This document shows positions 43,155-52,449 of a stretch of DNA of 64,000 nt, piece after piece. The position numbers and the translations under genes are program-made. The notes under the pieces are model-generated. The model saw only the letters and a program-made list of their open reading frames with translations. It did not search any database and was not told the origin of the DNA. The stretch's first letter is position 1; the number at the start of each line of letters is the position of its first letter. The stretch lies in the NCBI GenBank assembly GCA_000165345.1, contig CM000429.1, positions 544,001 through 608,000 on the forward strand, written 5' to 3'.

Positions 43155-44666
43155 CTATTGGCTTTGCCTGTGTTTTTTCATTATTTGGGAAAAAGCATCC
43201 AAATATTCCTGCTTTAGTGCGCTATTTGAATTTTCGTTTGTAATTGCATCCCATAGATAACAGGCTTGATTTGCCACATCACCTATCATATGATAAACTT
43301 GAGAGCATCTGTAGTACCCTTTGCTCCATTTGGGATTTATGTAAATACATGATGTAGCATCAAATAAAGCCTTAGAAGAGTCTCCTATCTTTATGTAAGA
43401 AAGAGACCTATTAGAAAGTATACTTGATTTGAGAGTGATTGCACCTTCAGATAAGTTGTTCTTTTTCATCATTAAATGGCTGAGAGCATTTGAATACATT
43501 TCGATTGATTTTTCAAATTGGCCTTCTTTAAAAAATGAATTTGCCTCTGCTTTAAGCCGTTCAGCCTCGACTTCATTGTAATTACTTATATCTTCTAGAT
43601 CCTGTTCAATAATTACTTCAGGAGATATATCGGGCTCAGAAGATTTTTTTTCGTCGTTTAATGAAGAATATTCACTCGATTCAATCGATTCTATGGATTC
43701 AATTTGTGTAGATTGTCCTTGTTCAATTTGCTGAATATTATCAATTTTTATACTATCTAATGCATGACTTTTCAAAATTTCCATGATTTCCTCAGAACAA
43801 CGATTGTTTATTGCATATGAATAAATAGAATTCCCTTTAACAATTTGGTTTGAAGCATCGCATAACTGCAACTTCATGTATTTAATGATTAGTGATAATA
43901 ACTCAACATCATTCTTTTCAACTGCAGCAAAGATTGGTGTATACCCTTCTGAATCCATAGCTTCGGCCAAAAGTGCTCCAGATTTCAAAAGTAATTCGGT
44001 AAGTTCAGTGTTCCCAATTCCAATAGTTATCATAAGAGGAGAAGGAATTAATTTACCTAATGGGGCTTTATTTGGGTTACTCTTATTATTTAAAAGGTAA
44101 CTAATCAACTCTTTATTGTTAGTCATGCAAGCCCATTGAAGAGGAGTTCCAAATTCATCACTACATGTGTTGACAAATAAGTCTATTTCAGATGGGTTTT
44201 CACTTTTTAGGCTGGAAATAATCAGTTTCACCAGGTTGAGGTCTGCAACTTGACATGCATAATGTAACACGTTGCAACCACTTGAATTTTTTCTTGTAAT
44301 TTCGACCCCACTTTTTAACAATGTAGTGACTGATTCAATATCCTGAGCTCTTACTGAAAGAAAAAGTGGGTTTTCATTACTGTTGTCAAGACTATTAACT
44401 ATTCCTGGAGCAAGCTTTATAATAGCCTTTAATGTGTCATTTCTTTTTGCAGAGCAGACAAAATGGCAAACATTTCTTCCATTTCCATCTTTGTACCCCA
44501 ACAAATGCTCTTCAATATCCATTTTTTCTTTAGAGCTCCCGACTAGAGCCACAATATATTTGATTGCCTCTACTGTCGTTCCATTCGTAACGGTACTAAA
44601 TAGACGTGTAATGTCACCATATGCATCTCCTAAATTAGAATCCTCTTTCGATTTAACGCAACTCAT
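43155..44666 (-). CDS. Ankyrin-repeat + TPR-repeat protein
   Basis: 503 aa. The N-terminal half has about five ANK repeats (e.g. GCNVLHYACQVADLNLVKLIIS). The C-terminal 130 aa has TPR-like repeats (AERLKAEANSFFKEGQFEKSIEMYSNAL...WSKGYYRCSQVY). Confidence 0.6.
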   Translation of the reverse strand: MSCVKSKEDSNLGDAYGDITRLFSTVTNGTTVEAIKYIVALVGSSKEKMDIEEHLLGYKDGNGRNVCHFVCSAKRNDTLKAIIKLAPGIVNSLDNSNENPLFLSVRAQDIESVTTLLKSGVEITRKNSSGCNVLHYACQVADLNLVKLIISSLKSENPSEIDLFVNTCSDEFGTPLQWACMTNNKELISYLLNNKSNPNKAPLGKLIPSPLMITIGIGNTELTELLLKSGALLAEAMDSEGYTPIFAAVEKNDVELLSLIIKYMKLQLCDASNQIVKGNSIYSYAINNRCSEEIMEILKSHALDSIKIDNIQQIEQGQSTQIESIESIESSEYSSLNDEKKSSEPDISPEVIIEQDLEDISNYNEVEAERLKAEANSFFKEGQFEKSIEMYSNALSHLMMKKNNLSEGAITLKSSILSNRSLSYIKIGDSSKALFDATSCIYINPKWSKGYYRCSQVYHMIGDVANQACYLWDAITNENSNSALKQEYLDAFSQIMKKHRQSQ

Positions 44667-44937
44667 TTACATAAATTAATTGAATGCCAATATATCAAAA
44701 TAAATTATCTAGTTGCTTGGGTAAAGTTTGTCTTGTAATTTTCGATTTATAATTTTAATATAGTCAGAATTTACTTTTTTTTTCCATTTATGCGCCTTTT
44801 TTTTTCGTGTCAATTTATAAATTAATTTTAACATAAAAAGATATAATATACAAAAATTTGATAGGAAATTGCCATTATCTTAGAGATAAACTTAAGGAAA
44901 ATTATTTTTATTATAGGGTTATTTTAGTAATAAGATA

Positions 44938-45860
44938 ATGACTCGACCTGAAACTCAGGCTCCACCAGAGTTGGTAAGTTTAGTTGCGGATTGCATTTAG
45001 AAGCTAATTAACGGAACAACTTTTCGTAGTATTATAATGAATCAGAGGCTATAAAGTATTCAAAGAGCAGCCGAATTATTGATATTCAAACTAAGTTAAC
45101 AGAGAGAGCAATTGAACTACTTTTATTACCTCAACACCCCTGTTTGATATTGGATATTGGGTGCGGAACTGGAATAAGTGGCTCAGTTTTAGAAGATCAC
45201 AACCACGTTTGGGTTGGAATAGATATTAGCGTAGGCATGTTAAATGTACTGGATATATACGATGATGACTCAGAGTCAACCGGTGATGCTTTACTTGCTG
45301 ATATGGGAGAACTTTTACGGTTCAGACCTGGCGTTTTTGATGGAGCAATAAGTATATCTGTTTTACAATGGCTTTGTAATGCTGATAGAAAATCACATGA
45401 TCCTTATAAGAGGCTTTTAGTTTTCTTTAAATGGCTTTTCAACTCATTAAATAGAGGTTCAAGAGCAGTGTTCCAGTTTTACCCGGATTCCCCTTCTCAA
45501 GTGGAAATGATTACTTCAGCTGCTTTAAAGTCTGGCTTTGGAGGGGGATTAGTGGTTGATTTTCCAAATTCTTCAAAAGCAAAAAAATACTATCTTTGTT
45601 TATGGGCAGGGTTCTATTCTACAATACCTCAAACCCTCCCGCAAGGACTAACAGACGAAAATGATGAAGAAATGACTTCAGCAAGTAATTTGGGAAGATC
45701 AGGATGCAAGTTAAAGACAAAGAAAAGGGGCAACAAAAGAGAGCATAGAGTAAAGTCAAGGGAGTGGATTTTGGAAAAGAAGAATGTTCAGAGACTTAAG
45801 GGCTTTGAAGTCCGTCCAGATTCCAAATATACAGGAAGAAAAAGAAAGAGCGGGTTTTAA
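44938..45860 (+). CDS. Bud23/WBSCR22-type 18S rRNA (guanine-N7) methyltransferase, 2 exons
   Basis: The ORF track starts at TTG 45144, inside the SAM motif LDIGCG. The frame is open back to a CGTAG acceptor at about 45029. Exon 1 is about 44938..44973, [18 protein letters not shown], with a 56-nt intron. The spliced N-terminus [43 protein letters not shown] matches Bud23 [43 protein letters not shown]. The C-terminal KRKSGF is also shared. Confidence 0.85.
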
Positions 45861-45980
45861 CACTTTTATAATATATTATTTGGATCACAATGAGAAGTGT
45901 TCAAGAACTAGTATCTTCGTTGCAAAGTATTATTAGAATAATTAGATTTGCCTATGATTATATATATTAATATTAAAAAG

Positions 45981-46334
45981 CTATTCTGCCATTTCCTCAT
46001 CTTTTTGAATCTCAGTTTTAGTTTCTTTAGATTCTTCAGCTCTACTTATATACAATACGTTGTTGCACCTAATAAATACTTTACCCAACGTTCCTTTCTT
46101 GGTATTGTCTATCCACTCTTCACAGTCATTTAAAAGAATGTTCATATATTCATCAAAGGAAACAAGGGTGCCTTTGTATCTCATGTTTCCCCATTTTAAG
46201 CAAACAATCGCAACCTTGTTTATAAGGCTGGAGAGAAATGGTTTGGGATTTACAGCAACAAGCTAAAAAAGGTTAAATTTAATTCGTTATTAAAAACATT
46301 TCGTGGCCAGCTATATTAAACTTACCCCAGACAT
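45981..46334 (-). CDS. Small nuclear ribonucleoprotein SmF (Sm-fold), 2 exons
   Basis: ORF 45981..46184 (minus) carries Sm1/Sm2 ([32 protein letters not shown]) but lacks the N-terminal strand. The frame is open for 26 more codons up to an acceptor TTTTTTAG at about 46263. The 63-nt intron has a GTAAGT donor. Exon 1 is ATG TCT GGG at about 46334..46326. The product [44 protein letters not shown] matches SmF [41 protein letters not shown]. Confidence 0.8.
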
Positions 46335-46495
46335 CGGAAGCAGATTCAATGGTTGTGGGTTTGATGGTTATTTTTAACTTGAATGTGACTAATTTGTCAA
46401 GCCCAAATTGTAGCGCGCGTGTCGTGAGATCTTGTAGATTTAAATAAAAAATTTTATTATTGTAAACTTTATTGAATCATTAGTATCTGTTTAAG

Positions 46496-47719
46496 ATGAC
46501 GGATAATACTGATGAGTTGAATGATTCCAAGATTTTTTCATGTGAAGGCTGTGGTTCCAACACAAAATCAAAATTATCATGCCCTCAATGCAAGAAGTTG
46601 GGACTAAAGACATCTTTTTTTTGTTCCCAAGTCTGCTTTAAAGAAAACTGGGCCATTCATAAACTAAAACATCAATTAGGAGGAAGTAACAAAGAAGTTG
46701 CTAAAGTTTCTCTTGACTTGGTTAAAAAGAATGTAATCCTAGATGATCCTAGAACATGGGTTAATTGCTCACATATTTCAAAGTTTATAGGCTTTAATGG
46801 TTTCACAGGGCCTTTAAGACCCTATCCAATAAGTATTAAACGAAAGGTTCCAAGCCATATCTTGAGGCCAGACTACGCTGATGATAAGGAGGGAAGACCA
46901 TTTTCTGAATTAAAAAGAAAAAAAAGTTCTGCAATTGTTACAGCAACAGCTGAAGAAATTGAGCTCCTTAGAGAATGTTGTAAGATAGGAAGAGAAGCTC
47001 TTGATATTGCTGCTTCTATGATAAAACCTGGAGTAACAACTGATGCTATTGACGAAGCTGTTCATAATTTCATTATTTCTAAAAACTCTTATCCTTCTCC
47101 ATTGAATTATTGGGAGTTTCCAAAGTCGTGTTGCACCTCTGTTAATGAGATAATATGCCATGGGATCCCTGATTTCAGGCCATTGGAAGAAGGGGATATT
47201 GTAAATGTTGACATTTCTGTATATTATAAAGGAGTACACTCGGATTTAAATGAAACGTTTCCGGTTGGAAAAGTTGACGAGAAATCAATGAAATTAATGA
47301 AAGTGGCTTATCAATGCTTAGAGGAAAGTATCAAGATTTGCAAGCCTGGTACAATGTACAGAGAAATAGGCAATCTGATTCAGTCAATTTGTGATAAACA
47401 AGGCTTTTCTGTTGTAAAAACTTACTGTGGGCATGGAGTTGGAGCTTTATTTCATTGTGCTCCTAATGTGCCTCACTATAAGAATAACAAGGCCGTCGGA
47501 ACTATGAAACCAGGCCATGTATTTACAATTGAGCCAATGATTAATGCAGGTAGATTTGAAGATATAACTTGGCCAGATGATTGGACATCGGCAACATTAG
47601 ATGGAAGTAGATCCGCTCAATTTGAACATACTTTGTTGATTACCGAGACTGGAGTAGAAGTTTTGACTAAAAGATTGGAAAGCTCACCTAAACTTGAAAT
47701 TCTTTCTGAAATAGAGTAG
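46496..47719 (+). CDS. Methionine aminopeptidase type 1 with N-terminal zinc finger (MetAP1)
   Basis: 407 aa. It has an N-terminal C6H2 Zn finger (CEGCGS...CPQCKK...CSQVCFKENWAIHKLKH). The pita-bread domain carries the metal ligands (DISVYYKGVHSDLNET, HGVGALFH, EPM, EHT). Confidence 0.9.
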   Translation: MTDNTDELNDSKIFSCEGCGSNTKSKLSCPQCKKLGLKTSFFCSQVCFKENWAIHKLKHQLGGSNKEVAKVSLDLVKKNVILDDPRTWVNCSHISKFIGFNGFTGPLRPYPISIKRKVPSHILRPDYADDKEGRPFSELKRKKSSAIVTATAEEIELLRECCKIGREALDIAASMIKPGVTTDAIDEAVHNFIISKNSYPSPLNYWEFPKSCCTSVNEIICHGIPDFRPLEEGDIVNVDISVYYKGVHSDLNETFPVGKVDEKSMKLMKVAYQCLEESIKICKPGTMYREIGNLIQSICDKQGFSVVKTYCGHGVGALFHCAPNVPHYKNNKAVGTMKPGHVFTIEPMINAGRFEDITWPDDWTSATLDGSRSAQFEHTLLITETGVEVLTKRLESSPKLEILSEIE

Positions 47720-48003
47720 ATAATTTGTTCCTAATCTCTAATTATTTTTTTATTAATATTAATCTTTATAACTTATTATTTTATTAGAAAATTGCTACAA
47801 TCTATTAATTCGTGTGTAATTAAAAAGTTTTGCCGGTAAAAAAGGTACCGGGAAAAAATTTATTCTAAATTCTTGTCATAAATTTTCGCAAGAACAAAAA
47901 AAAAATAAGATTATTGAACAGATTCAACTGAGACTTAAATTAAGCTGGAATTAAGGGATTCAATATCTTATTATTTAAATTGGTTTTAATTACTACCTTT
48001 GGG

Positions 48004-49071
48004 ATGATGTTGGGAAAGGGAATGAGATCTCCCAAGGCGGAGATTACAGAGTTAACTCCAAACTCAATAAGGTTTACCCTTTCTAACACAGATTTGAGTA
48101 TGGCAAATACTTTGAGAAGAATAATTTTAGCAGAAATTCCAACTCTAGCTATTGATCTTGTTACTATGATAGACAACACATCTGTTTTGCACGATGAATT
48201 TATTGTCCATAGAATGGGTTTGATTCCTTTAGATAGCACAAATATACGTGATTTTAACTTCAAGGATAGATGTGAATGCCAAGAACGCTGCAACAAGTGC
48301 TCTGTTGAGTATTTGTTGGATGTAACATGTGAGGGTGGTGCTACAAGGAATGTAACTCATTATGATATTCAGCCAGTTGCAACTTCTACTTTAGTTCCAA
48401 TGCCTGTCCCAAAGAAGGACGACTCAGTTGATGGCATGAATAATGGAATTTTAATAGCTAAGCTTGGCCCAGGACAGAGAATTGCAATGAGAATGACAGC
48501 TTGTAAGGGTATTGGAAAGTTTCACGCAAAATGGATCCCAGTTTCAGTTGCTACATTCACAAATGAAGCGGATGTGAGAATAAACTATTCTCTTTCTTCT
48601 AATCTAACTTTGAAACAACGTAAGGAAATTGTCAATTGTTGCCCTAAAGATGTTTTTGCTCTGGGAGGTAGTACTTCAAAGACTGAATATGCCTTGAACA
48701 AAAACTCTGCCTATTCTACCAAAACAAAGACAGAGGAACTTCCTGATCTAGAAGTTGTAAGTTCAAAGTCATGCATTTTTTGTAACGAATGTGTAAATCT
48801 AACTAAAAATTACGGTTACATTAATCCTGTCTTGATCAGAGTTGATACTAAACCTGATAAATTTCATTTCTTGGTAGAGTCTACAGGAGCCCTACCTGTC
48901 GAAAGTATTGTAGAACTTGCTTTTGAAATTTTACAAGAAAAATTAAATACTTTAAGTAGAGGAGTTGCTCGCTCTGAAACAGCACAGAGCGGATTGGATA
49001 CTAATGGTTCTGGTGGGGTAAATATTACTGCTGATGAAAGAGCAATGGATTTAGTACTAGACTTATCTTAG
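48004..49071 (+). CDS. DNA-directed RNA polymerase II subunit RPB3
   Basis: The ORF track starts at TTG 47980. The first ATG is at about 48004. [65 protein letters not shown] matches Rpb3 [65 protein letters not shown]. The zinc loop [10 protein letters not shown] is present. Confidence 0.85.
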   Translation: [355 protein letters not shown]

Positions 49072-49285
49072 TTTAAAAATGAGCTTTAAGAACAAAATCT
49101 AGATTCGGCAATAGAACTCTATTAATATATTTATTTGTAGGCTATGATTCTAAAGTTAAATAAACTTTTAAACGAAATTAACTTATTTTTGTAACAAAAT
49201 CAAAAAGCAATAATTTATCTAAATAAAATGTGACCAGCATCTTTTCTGTCGAGGAAAATAATACATCATTAGCAATATTAATTTT

Positions 49286-51568
49286 CTAGTCTTTTAACTC
49301 AAGAACTTGGGATTTCGGGATGCGACGAATCCAATCAAACAGTAGCGCACCGATAGAATCGAGCTTGTTGTTGTTCATAAAATGAATAAATTGCTGCCTA
49401 ATATTCGACAAAGATTCTGCATCAACCCAAGACTCACAAGTCTGTATTAATGTTAGCACATCTGTAAAGTGCCTAGTAATTAAATCATCAGAGAGTATTT
49501 CTGAAAGTATATTATGAATACACCAACTGTCGCTTGGCTTCCCGACTCCTTTGAACCAAGCAGTGATCAGAGGAAATGGAGAAATACCTGGAGATATTGG
49601 GTCAATATAGCAATTGTTAACTCCAATCTTAGAACATGTATTGGATAGCGTATCAGAAAAACATGAAGAAAATGGGTTGTCCTTTAATTCAGAATCTTGG
49701 CTAAGTTCGCCTATGAAGTCTGAAGTTTGAGCGCTTGAAGTCCTAGATCCTGTTCTTAGCAGGTTGTCATGAGGGCTTTCGCCATATAAATGCCTCTCAT
49801 TCTCAATTAATGAAAGGAAATCAAGTGAGTCAGATGATGATGATGATGAAGATGATGAGTATCTTGTTGAAGGGTTTGGAGTATTGTTCTCAGAGTGCTT
49901 TACACTTAAGTCAGCGTTTGTGCCTTTCTGGCCTCGTAATGATTTGGATGAGAGAGAGAGAATTGATTTATATCTATTTGTAAAAAGAGAGTCTCTCTGC
50001 TTTGAAATTTGTATCCAAACGCATGTAAAATAAGTTCCAAGCCATTCGGCTACATCTTGTTGGAGAGAAAAGGAAAATTTAGTTACAAACTTTGTATCTA
50101 CCTCAAGGCTCTTTTTGTACAGTAAATAGAGAGTTAGCGTCCTCAACGGAAAGAACCGGATCTTAATGTCTACATTCAAATGACTGATAGTAATCTGGTC
50201 AAGAGAAATGTTATTATTAAGTGAAGGCTGTAAAATTCTTAAGGTTTCTGAGTTTCTAAATATTGCTTGATTTTCCATTAGGAGCTTTAGTAGTTCATCT
50301 TTATTTTTTTTTACAAACTCATCTATTCTGCATGTCACGAGCAGCCCAGTCTTATTGGGACCACCTGATATTATCGGACAAAACGCTTTGATACCATCGG
50401 AAGATAAATCAAATGTAGCTTCTCCAAGAAAAGTGTTTTCGAAGTAAAACTTAGCTCTAGCTGCAAAACAATTAAAAAAACCGGTACAACGAGTTTTTGG
50501 ATATGCAAAAATTCCAAGTGATGTTACACTAGTAATTGAAGCATCAGGACTTGGTGGAAGTGTTTCCATTGCAAAATTTACTGTTGTTGCAGACCCTTCG
50601 TTATCTTGGTCTGCGTAAAGTTCAAGTTCAATTGGAAACCCACTCATCTCGCCCGTAATTACATGTGGAGAGCTCTGGGCGAATTTATTAATTGTTTTTC
50701 GTTCGCTAATATACCAAAGAGTAGGTTGCCAAACATGTGAAATTGCATCAAAGATATCGTTTTCTTCTGTGACTCCTTTAAGGAAATCCTCAACTTTGGA
50801 AATTTCAGGTGACCATTGAGCTCCAAGAGACTCACAAATTGTATTGATAATCCTTATGCCATAAATTTCACTCTTATTCTTGAAAATTTCTCTAATTATT
50901 CTCCCTCCTTCAAGTGAAATCACTACATCCCTCATCTGGTGATATTGCACCAATTCAAGAAGGAGTTTAAACCCATTCTGAAGTTTTAAAGATAGGTTTA
51001 ATATCTTCTGTCTTATTTTCATGCTAACTATTGAGGATTCACATTCAAACCAGTCAAAACAACTCAACTTCCTGGCTAGCATCGACCAGAATACGTCAAC
51101 ATCAAACTCCTCACCTTCTTGACATTTGGTATTTGAACCAACCATAGGGAGAAACCCCATGTAGTCTAGGGTAATTAATATAATTTCCAAGTTGTCTGGT
51201 GTGAGTTTCCTAAATATACCATTGTTATTATGGCCGTAATCCTGAAAGATAATCTTTGCAATTTCAAAAGTCGTTTGGACTTCTGAGTTACCTTCCAAAG
51301 TAGAGCTTCTTTCACCCAATAATCTGAAATAGTTAAATCTTTTCCCCACTTCCTCAGAAACATGAAAGGTTTGATTTTTCCCCATATCTTCATTATATAC
51401 ACAAATTTCCCATCCAAAACCTTTTTTTGGCTCATCATCTATGCAAGCTTTTTTCGCCTCATTTTCTTCCTTTGAATGGTTTTCTGAGCCCATTTCCATA
51501 CTTGATCTCTTGAGATTTAATTCAAGGTCAAATGGGTCATCTAAAGAGAAAGCCTCATTTTTTTCCAT
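49286..51568 (-). CDS. Hypothetical protein (760 aa) with possible BTB/POZ-like N-terminal region and a poly-Ser tract
   Basis: Long ORF with an ATG start. It contains a (GAT)n-encoded SSSSSSSSDS tract. I recognised no confident homolog. Confidence 0.5.
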   Translation of the reverse strand: MEKNEAFSLDDPFDLELNLKRSSMEMGSENHSKEENEAKKACIDDEPKKGFGWEICVYNEDMGKNQTFHVSEEVGKRFNYFRLLGERSSTLEGNSEVQTTFEIAKIIFQDYGHNNNGIFRKLTPDNLEIILITLDYMGFLPMVGSNTKCQEGEEFDVDVFWSMLARKLSCFDWFECESSIVSMKIRQKILNLSLKLQNGFKLLLELVQYHQMRDVVISLEGGRIIREIFKNKSEIYGIRIINTICESLGAQWSPEISKVEDFLKGVTEENDIFDAISHVWQPTLWYISERKTINKFAQSSPHVITGEMSGFPIELELYADQDNEGSATTVNFAMETLPPSPDASITSVTSLGIFAYPKTRCTGFFNCFAARAKFYFENTFLGEATFDLSSDGIKAFCPIISGGPNKTGLLVTCRIDEFVKKNKDELLKLLMENQAIFRNSETLRILQPSLNNNISLDQITISHLNVDIKIRFFPLRTLTLYLLYKKSLEVDTKFVTKFSFSLQQDVAEWLGTYFTCVWIQISKQRDSLFTNRYKSILSLSSKSLRGQKGTNADLSVKHSENNTPNPSTRYSSSSSSSSSDSLDFLSLIENERHLYGESPHDNLLRTGSRTSSAQTSDFIGELSQDSELKDNPFSSCFSDTLSNTCSKIGVNNCYIDPISPGISPFPLITAWFKGVGKPSDSWCIHNILSEILSDDLITRHFTDVLTLIQTCESWVDAESLSNIRQQFIHFMNNNKLDSIGALLFDWIRRIPKSQVLELKD

Positions 51569-52449
51569 TATAATTATTTACAATTGTTAATTTGTAAATC
51601 AAATAAATATTTAGTCAAATGACTAATTATATAGCTTTAATTTGATGGAGCACAACAAAAGTTGTCTGTATAGGAAATAAAGGAATTCAGTATTTTTAAG
51701 CTCTGATTTTTTTTAGCGTTAGATTTGTTTATTCATCATTCAAAACTTAGTTAATATTAAAATAGTAAACTCATCTATATACTTGTTTTTAGCAAGCAAA
51801 TTTTAAAAAGCAGTTCCCCACTTAATTTATGATTCTTTCCTTTTATTTGCTAAATAAACTATTTGAAAAGCAATGATTAATAATACATATCAAGGAAATA
51901 AGCATATTGGAAAATTCCCGCTTAAAAAAAAACAAACCACGTTACCCCGTATTTATTTGAAAAAAATAAATATTGCAATAATGCCCCCACTGAAGAATCT
52001 CAAATAATTAAGCGAAATGAGTGATTAGAGGATAACTCAAGCAAATAATCTACAACAGATAACATAATAAGTACTTCCAAACAAAAATAAAAGTTGACAA
52101 AAATACTAAGCTAAAAGCTTCAAATGAAAACTGTAACATTATAAACACATACAGAATAGTATATGCCAATTTCTGATTTTCTAAACTAATAGATGTTGAA
52201 CAAAGTGTTCAAATTCTAAATTATTAAAAAAAATTCCAATTTTAGATTATATAATAAAAAAATTAAACCTAATCTCGAGCAGGAATATATCGTTGCTTGA
52301 AAAATACTCATATATCGAGGGTAGTTCAGGAGTAAATTCTTATCAATATTCATTCGGTTTATAAAAAATATAATCCCAATAGGCTTTGAAAGAATTAGCC
52401 TGATATCTTTCAAAGAAATATAGGCGGTGTTAAAAGGATACTAAAAATC

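Noticed and set aside
45948-46266. Plus-strand ORFs 45948..46133 and 46060..46266
   Set aside because: They overlap the minus-strand SmF exons, whose translation carries unmistakable Sm1/Sm2 motifs. The plus-strand products are nonsense.
49832-49860. (GAT)n microsatellite encoding poly-Ser in the 760-aa minus-strand gene
   Set aside because: It is real but ordinary coding low complexity. It is noted, not pursued.
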